Assembly (NCBI GenBank): GCA_964559555.1
Contig: CAZLHM010000001.1
Coordinates: 49,230-113,229, forward strand
Direction: 5' to 3'
DNA length: 64,000 nucleotides
DNA from: an uncultured Candidatus Bathyarchaeia archaeon
GTDB lineage: Archaea; Thermoproteota; Bathyarchaeia; 40CM-2-53-6
Part shown: positions 28,864-38,529 of the stretch, in pieces
Layout of the letters: the number at the start of each line of letters is the position of its first letter
Position numbering within the stretch: the stretch's first letter is position 1
Program-made: the position numbers and the translations under genes
The notes under the pieces: generated by a model
Database searches by the model: none
Told to the model about the DNA's origin: nothing
Seen by the model: the letters and a program-made list of their open reading frames with translations, nothing else

Positions 28864-30081
28864 TCACTTGACTGTGCAGGCCCTTTCTTCCACTATCACG
28901 TTTCGTTTCTTCACTTCCTCAATGAACTGGGCTGGCCGAAAATAGACTTCCGGCGGGAAGACTCCGCTTCTGTCAGAATCATCCTTTGCCAGTATCTGGG
29001 CGCCGATGGAGGCGCAGGTGCCAGTGAGATAGTCCATCGCCAGAGCGTCCCATTCAGGTTGAGAGTAACAGATCGCCCAGTCTGTATTCCGAATCTTCGA
29101 TGGGCCCTTGAATCCGGTCACTTCCACCACGATACATGTCACGTCTCTCATCGTTCGAAGAGTCAACGGATCTGCTTGGAATTTTGAGAGCTGCACGATC
29201 GTGAAATCCATCGGTGCGACCTCAATGTCTCCCACTCGCACGGGTTGCCTATCAAGGAATCCTAGTTTTCTCAGCATCGTTGCCATGTCGTATGTTTCCG
29301 AGACCATGAAGTCAACGTACTGAACTTCCTTGTCGATGTACTTGGGGAGAGTCGCGAGTTCCGAGTGAATTGTCGCATAGCAGTCGATCTCTCCGATCGG
29401 GTCGGGCATACGAACTCGTTCATGTTCGCCCATTGGTGGTATCCGTTGGAGTTTGCCGTTTCTGAAGATGAACGCGTCTTCAGACCATTCGTTGACGATG
29501 GTTCTGATGGAAAACTTGAAGAGCGCCTCAGAGGGGACGAGATCTCGATCGCCGTCTCTGATCTTTATGGACTCTACTCTGTCCATCATGTCGGCGCCAT
29601 GTCTTGCGAACACGTTGCTGAGTCCAGGATCCTCTCCGCATCCCAGAACGAACGTTGTGCCCGAGTCCTTAGCCTCCTGATCCAGCTCAAGCTGTCTCAG
29701 TGTCATATGGAAGAGCCCGCCCAAGTCGAGCGTGTTGACCGCCGCCTTCATCGCGGCCCTCATTACGTCGATGTTGTGCGTGTACCAAGTAGAGTTAACG
29801 ACAACATCCATGCCTTTCATTATTCCGACGAGCCCACCATGGTCCCGTACGTCAGCTCGCGCAACGGACAGCTTGTTGCTTGCGATCTTCGACGCGACCT
29901 CTCTCGCCTTTGTTTCAGAGATGTCCGCGAGCACAACTTGCGACACATCATCAGCGTTGACGAGATCGCGGGCGACCACAGCCCCGACCATTCCGGCGCC
30001 ACCGAGCACGAGCACCTTCAAGCTTCCCCATTCTCCTTGAACTCGCTCGGCCAGCGTCCGCGTTGATAATCTTTGCCTCAC
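28864..30081 (-). CDS. Saccharopine dehydrogenase family NAD(P)-binding protein
   Basis: N-terminal Rossmann KVLVLGGAGMVG and a Sacchrp_dh-like C-terminal region. Confidence 0.7.
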   Translation of the reverse strand: MRQRLSTRTLAERVQGEWGSLKVLVLGGAGMVGAVVARDLVNADDVSQVVLADISETKAREVASKIASNKLSVARADVRDHGGLVGIMKGMDVVVNSTWYTHNIDVMRAAMKAAVNTLDLGGLFHMTLRQLELDQEAKDSGTTFVLGCGEDPGLSNVFARHGADMMDRVESIKIRDGDRDLVPSEALFKFSIRTIVNEWSEDAFIFRNGKLQRIPPMGEHERVRMPDPIGEIDCYATIHSELATLPKYIDKEVQYVDFMVSETYDMATMLRKLGFLDRQPVRVGDIEVAPMDFTIVQLSKFQADPLTLRTMRDVTCIVVEVTGFKGPSKIRNTDWAICYSQPEWDALAMDYLTGTCASIGAQILAKDDSDRSGVFPPEVYFRPAQFIEEVKKRNVIVEERACTVK

Positions 30082-30084
30082 TCG

Positions 30085-31572
30085 TTACATTGGATCCAGC
30101 GGATAGATAGGGCGTCTCACCTTGCGATACGTGAAACGCGAGAGGTTCGGACTGGTTATTCCGGGCGTGTCAACCTCCAGTATCAACTTCGCAAACCTCT
30201 CATACTCACGTCTAAACGCATGAGCCGACTTCACAACCATGATTCTCTTGATTGAAGGATTGATTCCAACGCTGAGAAACGGAGCGACGCTCGCTTGTTG
30301 TGCCGTGTGCTCCGTCAAGACCAGATCCGTCGCTCCGCAGTGGACCACGGCGGTATTCCCCATCTTGATGACGATCTTCTGCCTCGGATCGGTGAAGGTC
30401 CCATCAGAGAGCACTGATATTGTGCCTCTGATTTCCACTGGGCGCCCGTGAAGTTCGTCTGACTTGCCACCGACCGCCAAGCTCACCTCCTCGCTTATCC
30501 CAGCCTTGACCGCTTCACGGACGGCTTCGGGATCACGGATGATTAGAGCGGCGTCCGGCCAGCCTGCATTCTTCAACTCGTTGAGGATGTACGTTCCGTC
30601 GGCTGGTCCGCCTCCAGCCGCGTTGTCACCCTCATCGGCTAGGACCACGGGGCATTCCTTGGCCGCGAGTGCTTCCTTCATCCCGGTGTCTAGTGAAACC
30701 AGTACACGATTCGGAAGGAAGTCTTCCTTGATGCTCCATGCGAGCTTCTCAAGTTCGGAGGCTTTCTCTTCCGCTAGGGTTTGATCGTTGTTTGTCGTCA
30801 CGACGATTCCGAGTCCGGCTCTCGGAACGTCCGCATGCCCGAACCCTGCCGCAACCGTGACGTTCACAACGCACTCATCTTGCTCCATTCTTCGCGCTAG
30901 ACTCACCATCCTGTACATAGGAGACTTCACCATCGTGAGCGGCTGATCGACCACGGTCATGAGTCCGCCTCCGATCAGGATGGGTGGTTTCCTGATCGCC
31001 ATCGTTGGCTTCAGAACCCCCTTCAGCATGTGACTGATGACCTTCCCGCCCTCTAGGCCACGCTCGTACTCGTCCGTGTGCGGAGCAGTCTTGAATCCGA
31101 TTATCGCATCCGAGTGTTCCAACCACAACTCGGAGACGTTACCGTGCATATCGAACACAACCACAATCGGAACATCCTCTCCGACAATCTCACGGGTCTT
31201 TCGCAGGATCTCCGCTTCCGGGTCGTCGTATCTCTCTGTGACCATTGCGCCGTGAAGATTCAACAAGACCCCGTCGGGTCTCGACGACGAGATGGCGTCC
31301 AGCAGTTCTCGCTCCAAATGCGCGAATGCATGTTGGCTGACGAGGCCTGTGTCAAATCCCGCTTGGGCATAATGGGTCGGTTCCAAATCGTAGCCGTACT
31401 CGGACGCGGCTGCGATGAAACCTCCCACGACCGTTCGCGTGTTTGCGAAATGCTTCAGAACGGCTGAACCAGAGACCGTTAAGCCTGAACCGGTTCGGAA
31501 GGATTCGAGTTCCGTTCGTCGAGCATTGAACGTGTTCGTCTCATGAACTAGACCACCGACGGCAATCTTCAT
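30085..31572 (-). CDS. M81 family metallopeptidase (MlrC / microcystinase C-like)
   Basis: MKIAVGGLVHETNTF N-terminus (DUF1485) plus an MlrC C-terminal domain. The start is set at the internal MKIAVGG. Confidence 0.7.
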   Translation of the reverse strand: MKIAVGGLVHETNTFNARRTELESFRTGSGLTVSGSAVLKHFANTRTVVGGFIAAASEYGYDLEPTHYAQAGFDTGLVSQHAFAHLERELLDAISSSRPDGVLLNLHGAMVTERYDDPEAEILRKTREIVGEDVPIVVVFDMHGNVSELWLEHSDAIIGFKTAPHTDEYERGLEGGKVISHMLKGVLKPTMAIRKPPILIGGGLMTVVDQPLTMVKSPMYRMVSLARRMEQDECVVNVTVAAGFGHADVPRAGLGIVVTTNNDQTLAEEKASELEKLAWSIKEDFLPNRVLVSLDTGMKEALAAKECPVVLADEGDNAAGGGPADGTYILNELKNAGWPDAALIIRDPEAVREAVKAGISEEVSLAVGGKSDELHGRPVEIRGTISVLSDGTFTDPRQKIVIKMGNTAVVHCGATDLVLTEHTAQQASVAPFLSVGINPSIKRIMVVKSAHAFRREYERFAKLILEVDTPGITSPNLSRFTYRKVRRPIYPLDPM

Positions 31573-31708
31573 CGTTCTCACAGGTGTCAGATCCGGAGCG
31601 CACATCTATTAAGATCTGAAGATCGCCGGCACACTCGACAATGCCAAAGTCTTATCTCTCCTAGACGCAACTGACGAACCTATCAGCAAGCTTCCGGAGA
31701 GCACTTCA

Positions 31709-32155
31709 TTGTCAGTTGAGGAGAATAGGAAGATAGCTTGGGATTTCCACGCAGCCCTCAACAACCGCGACGTGGACAAGGCCTTGTCTCTGTTCACCGA
31801 CGACGCTAGTTGGATCGTAATGCCTGGCGCCACAATCTACACCAAGCAGGACATCAGGAAATACCTCGAGAAGATGATGAGAAACTTCCCGAAGTTCATA
31901 GTGAGGGATATCCATCCGCCTGTTGTTTCTGGAGACATGGTAACACACGAGTACGTGCACGAGGTCAGAATAACCGACGGTCGAGAAGCACACATTCCGG
32001 CGGTCGTCGTGATGGAACTACGCAATGGCAAGATCGTCCAAGTCCGCCACTACATGGACAAGCTCGAAGGCGCGAAACAAACCGCGAGAGGTTTCTTCGA
32101 GAAGAGAGCTGTGGCAGGCATCGTGAAGCAGGTAGAAGAACTGATCTATCCATAG
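31709..32155 (+). CDS. SnoaL / NTF2-like (ketosteroid-isomerase-like) protein
   Basis: 148 aa with NRKIAWDFHAALNNRDVDKALSLFTDDASW, typical of the SnoaL_2 fold. Confidence 0.55.
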   Translation: MSVEENRKIAWDFHAALNNRDVDKALSLFTDDASWIVMPGATIYTKQDIRKYLEKMMRNFPKFIVRDIHPPVVSGDMVTHEYVHEVRITDGREAHIPAVVVMELRNGKIVQVRHYMDKLEGAKQTARGFFEKRAVAGIVKQVEELIYP

Positions 32156-32164
32156 ACGGAACAG

Positions 32165-32404
32165 TTAGAGCGTTTCTAGGTTCAGGTCACTCACATTCTT
32201 CATTGATTCTAGTTGAGCTGCGCACTCATCGCACACTCTTTTCTCGAATTCCATCCTAGCTATGTGTTCTTCAATCACGAGCGGTGTGGGCTCTGATTGG
32301 AGGAAGTGCGCGAAGAATCGTGCCTTTCGTGTCGCCGTCCTCTTTTGACACATCTCGCAGGCGCCAGCTCGATTGCCTCTCCTGAGCATCGAATCGATCA
32401 TCAC
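32165..32404 (-). CDS. Small zinc-ribbon-like hypothetical protein
   Basis: 79 aa with two CxxC pairs (CEMC...CDEC). Confidence 0.3.
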   Translation of the reverse strand: MMIDSMLRRGNRAGACEMCQKRTATRKARFFAHFLQSEPTPLVIEEHIARMEFEKRVCDECAAQLESMKNVSDLNLETL

Positions 32405-32555
32405 TATTCAGCTCGTTGTCAACGACCGGCGGCCCTGCCCGTAGAACCTGACACTCCGTGGATACGGTTGACCTCAAAACGGTATCGGCTCGTCTTGGAT
32501 CGGACGAGAGTGTAGGATCGGCAAGTGAGATATTCGCCGTTGGCGGACATGTCTG

Positions 32556-34070
32556 GTGATCCAATTGAGTCGGTATGTGCTCTCGCTTGATCAGGGAACT
32601 ACGAGCTCACGGGCGGTTCTGTTCGATGAGCGGTGTAGAATCGTGCGTTCGACTAAGCAGGAGTTTCGGCAGATCTTTCCCCTTCCCGGATGGGTCGAGC
32701 ACGACCCTAGAGCGATCTGGTCAACCCAAATCAATGCAGCCAAACAGGTCGCCGTCAAGTATAGGAATAGGATCGCCGGGATCGGAGTCACGAACCAGAG
32801 AGAGACCACGATCGTCTGGGACAAGCACACCGGCAAGCCAGTAAGCAACGCGATCGTCTGGCAGGACAGACGAACCGCCCCCATCATAGACAAGCTCGCA
32901 GCGAGCGGCTACTCCACATACATCCGAAAGACCACAGGACTCATTCTTGACGCATACTTCTCGGGTCCAAAGATCAAGTGGATCCTTGACAACATCCCAA
33001 AGGCCAAGAGAAAAGCCAGAAGAGGCGATCTACTCTTCGGAACCGTCGACACCTTCCTAGTCTGGAAGCTTACTGGAGGTCGCGTTCACGCGACGGATCC
33101 GTCGAACGCTTCAAGGACGATGATCTTTGACATCAATCGAAAGTCATGGGACCCACGACTCCTTGACATTCTTGGCATCCCACAAGACATGCTACCCGAA
33201 GTCAAATCGTCCAGTGGGACACTAGGCGACACTGACAAACGCCTCTTTGGGCGCGAGATTCCGATCTGCGGTATCGCTGGGGACCAGCAGGCTGCGCTTT
33301 TCGGTCAGGCGGGATTCGAGAAAGGCACAGCGAAGAACACGTACGGCACAGGCTGCTTCATTCTGCTAAACACGGGAGACCATCCTCTCGTTTCTCGTTC
33401 TGGCTTGCTCTCGACAATCGCTTGGAGCCTCGATCAGAAGTTCACCTATGCACTCGAGGGAAGTGTCTTCATCGGAGGAGCAGTGGTTCAGTGGTTACGT
33501 GACCGACTCGGCGTTGTGAAACAGGCTTCAGATACCGACTCGATAGGACGCAATACACCAGATAGTGGCGGTGTAGTTTTCGTTCCAGCTCTCACAGGCC
33601 TCGGCGCGCCGTACTGGAACATGTACGCGAGAGGTCTCATAATCGGACTCACCCGCGATACGACGAGAAACCAGATCATCAGAGCCGCCCTCGAATCCAT
33701 CTGCTTACAAACTGCAGATGTCTTGGAAGCGATGACCACCACTGCGAAGAGCCAGCTACGATCACTCAGAGTAGACGGCGGAGCGTCAGTGAACAACTTC
33801 CTCATGCAACTTCAGGCAGATCTACTCGGAATTCCGATCGAGAGATCGGCCATTCCGGAGACCACAGCCTTGGGCGCTGCATTCCTCGCGGGCCTCGGAG
33901 CCGGCATATGGAGCGATTTGGACGAACTCGCAGTTCTCAGCAGAATCGACAGAGTCTTCAAACCAAGGATGCCTGGCCCAGTAAGTGCCGAGATGCGTGG
34001 CAACTGGAAGCGGGCAGTCAAGAGAGCCCTCGACTGGGCCAAGGCTGAGGGTTCTTCTGGATCTCGTTGA
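32556..34070 (+). CDS. glpK: Glycerol kinase
   Basis: YVLSLDQGTTSSRAVLFD, WDKHTGKP and GTGCF, the FGGY kinase motifs. GTG start. Confidence 0.9.
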   Translation: MIQLSRYVLSLDQGTTSSRAVLFDERCRIVRSTKQEFRQIFPLPGWVEHDPRAIWSTQINAAKQVAVKYRNRIAGIGVTNQRETTIVWDKHTGKPVSNAIVWQDRRTAPIIDKLAASGYSTYIRKTTGLILDAYFSGPKIKWILDNIPKAKRKARRGDLLFGTVDTFLVWKLTGGRVHATDPSNASRTMIFDINRKSWDPRLLDILGIPQDMLPEVKSSSGTLGDTDKRLFGREIPICGIAGDQQAALFGQAGFEKGTAKNTYGTGCFILLNTGDHPLVSRSGLLSTIAWSLDQKFTYALEGSVFIGGAVVQWLRDRLGVVKQASDTDSIGRNTPDSGGVVFVPALTGLGAPYWNMYARGLIIGLTRDTTRNQIIRAALESICLQTADVLEAMTTTAKSQLRSLRVDGGASVNNFLMQLQADLLGIPIERSAIPETTALGAAFLAGLGAGIWSDLDELAVLSRIDRVFKPRMPGPVSAEMRGNWKRAVKRALDWAKAEGSSGSR

Positions 34071-34085
34071 AGCAAGATGTCGCGG

Positions 34086-35729
34086 TTATTTAGTCGAACG
34101 CTTGGCAATTTCCTTTTCATATGTGTGACGCTTGGCAATTTCGTCCTTGTATGCTTTGATCTGTGACTCTACTTCTTGACTACTCCAGCCGAAGATTTCT
34201 GCCATCTTCTCTGCGACCTTCTGTGAACAGTCGAGACCTTCGCATAATCTTAAGCCGATCAGGCTTCTTCGAAGCATGAAGTCGCTCAGCGTGAGCGCAG
34301 ACTCCTTTTCGACTGCATGAACGACCTCTGCCATGATATCGGAGTTCGTCTCGCATATTCGTTCTCGAAGACTCGCATTGCTCTTGACGTACTCGAGGAC
34401 TTCCTTGTAGCGTGAGCCGTATAGAGCGACTAGATTCTCCAGTACCTCCACAGTGATCCCGTGCTCTTTTGAGATCGAATCTCTGTTCGCTTTTGCCCTT
34501 TCAAGCTCAGTAGGATCGGCGCCGGGAAGCTTCACCACTGCGGTCGTGCATGATATCTTCCTACCCAGTTTGCGCGACGCGACATCTACAATGTCTTCCG
34601 CTATGCCGCGGTAAGCTGTCAACTTGCCTCCGATCACAGAGACCAAACCCCTCAATCCCTCCTTCGTCTCATGATCGTAGATCACATGGCGGCGCGTGAC
34701 TGAGGACTCCTTGACGCCCTCGACGCGGAGAAGCGAGCGGACCCCCGCCATCGCATAGAAGATACGATTCCATGAGGTCCTTGGGAACGCATTCTTGACT
34801 TCGGTTCGAAGATACTCAACATCGTCCACCTCAGCCCTAACCGCATCCATGTCTTCCTCGTAGTCAGTGTCAGTCGTCCCGACAAGCGTGAAACCGATCC
34901 AAGGCATCACGAAGTAGGCGCGACCATCAGAGGCAAACAGAGCAACGGCGTCGGTCGTCACTTTCGGCGTCACGAGGTGAATACCCTTTGTTGTTCGAGC
35001 GAGCGGCTGTCTCTCTTGCCTCACGTCTCTGACGACCTTATCGAGCCATGGACCTCCCACGTTCACGACAAGCTTGGAACGGAACTCTGCATGCTCTCCG
35101 GTCAGAACATCCTCCGCTTGCACCCCAGAGACCACGTTGTTCTCTTTCAGGAGCCGAACAACTTTCGCATGATTGAGCAACACGGCACCGTGACGAGTTG
35201 CAGAGATCACATTCTCCATACAGAGACGTTCCGTGAGAGCGATCTGAGAATCGTAGTAGACATACGCACCTTGCAGTCCATTTTCAGCGAGCGCGGGCTC
35301 AGCTTCGAGCACCTTCCCCTTGTCCAAGTACTTGTGGCTCGGTAGAGATTTGTCGTAGGAGAGAAGATCGTAGAGTATCATCCCGATCTTGAGCTTCAGC
35401 CTGTGAAGTATCCTCTCGCCATAGACTGGAATCAGAAACTTCAGCGGATGGACAAGGTGAGGTGCGAGCCTCAGTAGGATCTCCCGCTCCCTGAGCCCCT
35501 CTCTAACGAGGCCTAAGTCGTAGTTCACAAGATACCGCAGACCGCCGTGGATCATTCTGCTTGAACGACCGCTCGTGCCGTAGCAGAAGTCCTCTTTTTC
35601 AAAGAGAACCGTCTTCAGGCCTCTCATGGCGGCATCTCGGGCGACGCCTGTTCCGATCATTCCACCCCCTACAATCGCGACATCGAACTGCTGCTCCGCA
35701 AGTTTGGATAAGTCTCGACGTGCGCGCAT
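34086..35729 (-). CDS. glpA: FAD-dependent glycerol-3-phosphate dehydrogenase (GlpA/GlpD type)
   Basis: FDVAIVGGGMIGTGVARDAAMRGL FAD fold, then YGTSGRSSRMIHGGLRY. 547 aa. Confidence 0.85.
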   Translation of the reverse strand: MRARRDLSKLAEQQFDVAIVGGGMIGTGVARDAAMRGLKTVLFEKEDFCYGTSGRSSRMIHGGLRYLVNYDLGLVREGLREREILLRLAPHLVHPLKFLIPVYGERILHRLKLKIGMILYDLLSYDKSLPSHKYLDKGKVLEAEPALAENGLQGAYVYYDSQIALTERLCMENVISATRHGAVLLNHAKVVRLLKENNVVSGVQAEDVLTGEHAEFRSKLVVNVGGPWLDKVVRDVRQERQPLARTTKGIHLVTPKVTTDAVALFASDGRAYFVMPWIGFTLVGTTDTDYEEDMDAVRAEVDDVEYLRTEVKNAFPRTSWNRIFYAMAGVRSLLRVEGVKESSVTRRHVIYDHETKEGLRGLVSVIGGKLTAYRGIAEDIVDVASRKLGRKISCTTAVVKLPGADPTELERAKANRDSISKEHGITVEVLENLVALYGSRYKEVLEYVKSNASLRERICETNSDIMAEVVHAVEKESALTLSDFMLRRSLIGLRLCEGLDCSQKVAEKMAEIFGWSSQEVESQIKAYKDEIAKRHTYEKEIAKRSTK

Positions 35730-35799
35730 GGCTGTCGGTCAGGACGATAGACCTTGCTGCCTTATACGTTCAAGCGATCCTCAATACTACTGACGAAGC

Positions 35800-36648
35800 A
35801 TGACAGTTTCGAGTTGGCGTCATGAGGAAGGGCGTTTCCAAGGAACGCAAGGAATAGAGATCTACTATCAGACTTGGACGCCCATGGGCAAGCCAAGAGC
35901 GATCATTGTCTTGGGCCACGGTCAGGGTGAGCATAGCGGTCGATACGCACACGTGACACAATTCATGGCACGGATGAGCTATACAGTGTGGGCTTGTGAC
36001 TTCCGCGGACACGGCAGATCAGGTGGAAAACGAGGTCATGTAGACAACTTTGATGACTACCTCGCTGATATCGATAGCCTAACGCAACTCGCGAAGGAGC
36101 GAGATCCCCAAGCTAGAATTTTCATGATTGGGCACAGCCTCGGCGGACTCGTCGCACTCGACTATGCTGAGAAACGTCCAAGAGAGCTCGCTGGCTTGAT
36201 CGTGAGTTCCCCTCTGCTGGGGTTAAAGATGAAAGTGCCAAGTTGGAAGAAGTGGCTCGGGAGGACTCTCTCGAGCATCGTTCCGACGTTTTCGATGAAG
36301 ACAGGTTTGGACGCAAACCTACTCACACGTGACCGAGAGACTGTTCAGAAATATGTCAACGACCCATTGGTTCATTCAGTTGCGAGCACACGATTCTACA
36401 CAGAGCTTCTCAAGGCACAAGACGCAACAATCCGGGACGCAAGGAAGCTCACATTGCCTTGTCTGATCATGCAAGCCGGAGCTGATGGAATCGTTGACTC
36501 ATCCTCTACGGTCAGCTTCTTCCGAAATGTCGCCTCGTCCGACAAGACATTGAAGGTCTACGATGGGTTCTATCACGAGATACTCAACGAGCCCGGCTGG
36601 GAAAGCATCCTTCAAGACATAGAGGCTTGGATGTCAGCAAGAATCTAG
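35800..36648 (+). CDS. Alpha/beta-hydrolase (monoacylglycerol lipase / lysophospholipase-like)
   Basis: HGQGEHSGRY, a nucleophile elbow GHSLGG, and a Hydrolase_4 layout. Confidence 0.7.
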   Translation: MTVSSWRHEEGRFQGTQGIEIYYQTWTPMGKPRAIIVLGHGQGEHSGRYAHVTQFMARMSYTVWACDFRGHGRSGGKRGHVDNFDDYLADIDSLTQLAKERDPQARIFMIGHSLGGLVALDYAEKRPRELAGLIVSSPLLGLKMKVPSWKKWLGRTLSSIVPTFSMKTGLDANLLTRDRETVQKYVNDPLVHSVASTRFYTELLKAQDATIRDARKLTLPCLIMQAGADGIVDSSSTVSFFRNVASSDKTLKVYDGFYHEILNEPGWESILQDIEAWMSARI

Positions 36649-36661
36649 AGCAGGCTTCACT

Positions 36662-37741
36662 CTACGGGCGAAGGAAGCCCACTTCGGAAGCCCTGAAGTG
36701 AGCGAAGACTCTGTCCCCAACCGCGAGTCCAAGCTCCTCTATCTGGTCCGAGCTTGTCTCCGAGTTCAACGGAAAACCTACGTCAAGTGATACTCGCGTA
36801 ACCGATCCCATCTTGCGGATACCGGTTATCGAACCCTCAAAGACGTTGCATTGACAGTGACGCCAGCTCGCTTTCGCGTTCTCCTTCCCGTGTGAGAGTA
36901 GAATCGTCTCCGGTCGCACAACTAGAACCACAGACTCGCCTTGGATCAAGCCATTACCCACTCCGCGAACGCTCTGTCCATCCACTTGAGCTACTGCGAA
37001 ATCCTCCTCGACCGAGACCAGATGTCCTCGCAGTACATTGAACCCCATGAAATCCGCGACGAATGTGGAGTTCGGGGCCTGAAGAACCCGATCCCATGAT
37101 CCGACCTGTTCGACGCGCCCGTTGTTCATGATCGCGACTTGGTCGGTCATCAACTGGGCCTCTGCCAAGTCATGCGTAACGTACAAGGTCGTGAGGCCTG
37201 ATCGAGCGCTGGACTCGTCAAGAGCTTTCCTCATCTCCTCCTGCAGCCTCGTCCTCGTTGCCCTGTCGACCTTGGAGAGCGGCTCGTCGAGTAGTAAGAC
37301 CTGCGGATGAGTCATCAGCGCCCTAGCGAGCGCTACTTTCTGCTTTTCTCCTCCGCTCAAGCTCATTGCGTCTCGGCCCACCAAGTGCGGAATACTCAGC
37401 CATTCCATGATTTGCCTCAGCTCACTCTTCGCGTTCTTGCCTAGGCTTCTTTCTCCGAATGCGATGTTCTGATCCACTGTAAGATGTGGGAAGAGTAAGC
37501 AATCCTGAGGCACGTATCCTACTCGCCTCTTCTCCGGTGGGAGGCTTGTGATGTCGACCCGGTTCAGCTCGATCTTGCCCGATTCGATTCTGCGGATTCC
37601 AGCTATACACTCTAACAGCGTAGTCTTTCCCGAGCCGTTGGGCCCCACGAGTGCAAAGCATGCACGGTCTGACGCTTCGAAGCTGACTCCCTTGAGAGAG
37701 AACGCACCCTGTCTTGCCGAGAGACCAAAGACTCCTAAGAT
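36662..37741 (-). CDS. Molybdate/tungstate ABC transporter ATP-binding protein (ModC/WtpC-like, with C-terminal TOBE-like domain); start codon unresolved
   Basis: Walker A GPNGSGKTT, LSGGEKQKVALARAL and a C-terminal transport-associated OB domain. The conserved N-terminal strand (ILGVFGLSARQGAFSLKGVSFEASDRACFALVG) is in frame upstream of the first canonical start (GTG 37646-48) and runs back to a TAG at 37754-56 with no ATG/GTG/TTG in between. Confidence 0.7.
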   Translation of the reverse strand: MLGVFGLSARQGAFSLKGVSFEASDRACFALVGPNGSGKTTLLECIAGIRRIESGKIELNRVDITSLPPEKRRVGYVPQDCLLFPHLTVDQNIAFGERSLGKNAKSELRQIMEWLSIPHLVGRDAMSLSGGEKQKVALARALMTHPQVLLLDEPLSKVDRATRTRLQEEMRKALDESSARSGLTTLYVTHDLAEAQLMTDQVAIMNNGRVEQVGSWDRVLQAPNSTFVADFMGFNVLRGHLVSVEEDFAVAQVDGQSVRGVGNGLIQGESVVLVVRPETILLSHGKENAKASWRHCQCNVFEGSITGIRKMGSVTRVSLDVGFPLNSETSSDQIEELGLAVGDRVFAHFRASEVGFLRP

Positions 37742-38529
37742 GGAATGCCACCCCTATATGCGATCTTTCGAGAGACAAGCAGAACAGACACCGTCACGAC
37801 CAATAGTATGAGAATGATCGCCATCGCGTTCTCCAGATTCGCTAGAGATAGATTCAGGTACATTGCAATCGGGAGAGTCTCCGTCTTGAATCTCGTCGCA
37901 CCCGCTAGTGTGACGGTTGCTCCAAACTCGCCCATCGCTCTCGCCCATGCAAGCATCGCGGCGCCGAGGACTCCCTCTCTGGCCAACGGCAAAGTGACTC
38001 GCATGAACGAGCTGAATTCACCATGTCCGAGCGTGCGGGCGACCCTCTCGTATCGCGGATCAATTCCATCGAAGACCGGCTTCATCAACCTGACCGCGAG
38101 CACACTGATCACACTGAACTGAGCCAGCACGATCCCCGGCGGCTCAAAGACGAATCTCACAATTGAACCGTTGATGAAAGCTCCTACAGGCGTGTTGGTG
38201 AAGAAGATGAGCAACGCCGTTCCGAGCGCGACCGGCGGCAAGGCGATCGGGATATTGATCAAGGCATCAACTGCGTCCTTTCCCGGAAAGCTCGCTCTCG
38301 AGAGAACGTAGGCCGCTGGGATACTCACAATCAACGCTAGCATGGTCGCTATTGTTGCAGTGACGAGTGTAAGGGCAATCGCAAACTGAACCTCATCAGA
38401 CAGAAAGGCCGCTGCTAGAGCTGATGGATCCGAGAACATTGATCCCGCGAATATGATTACGAGGACGAAGAGCGCAAGAAAGGCCAGACAGCCGATCGAC
38501 AACATCTTGAATAAGGTTGGTCGGCTCAC
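37735..38529 (-). CDS. Molybdate/tungstate ABC transporter permease (ModB/WtpB-like)
   Basis: Polytopic membrane protein with an EAA-loop motif (AMGEFGATVTLAG). Confidence 0.8.
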   Translation of the reverse strand: MSRPTLFKMLSIGCLAFLALFVLVIIFAGSMFSDPSALAAAFLSDEVQFAIALTLVTATIATMLALIVSIPAAYVLSRASFPGKDAVDALINIPIALPPVALGTALLIFFTNTPVGAFINGSIVRFVFEPPGIVLAQFSVISVLAVRLMKPVFDGIDPRYERVARTLGHGEFSSFMRVTLPLAREGVLGAAMLAWARAMGEFGATVTLAGATRFKTETLPIAMYLNLSLANLENAMAIILILLVVTVSVLLVSRKIAYRGGIPS

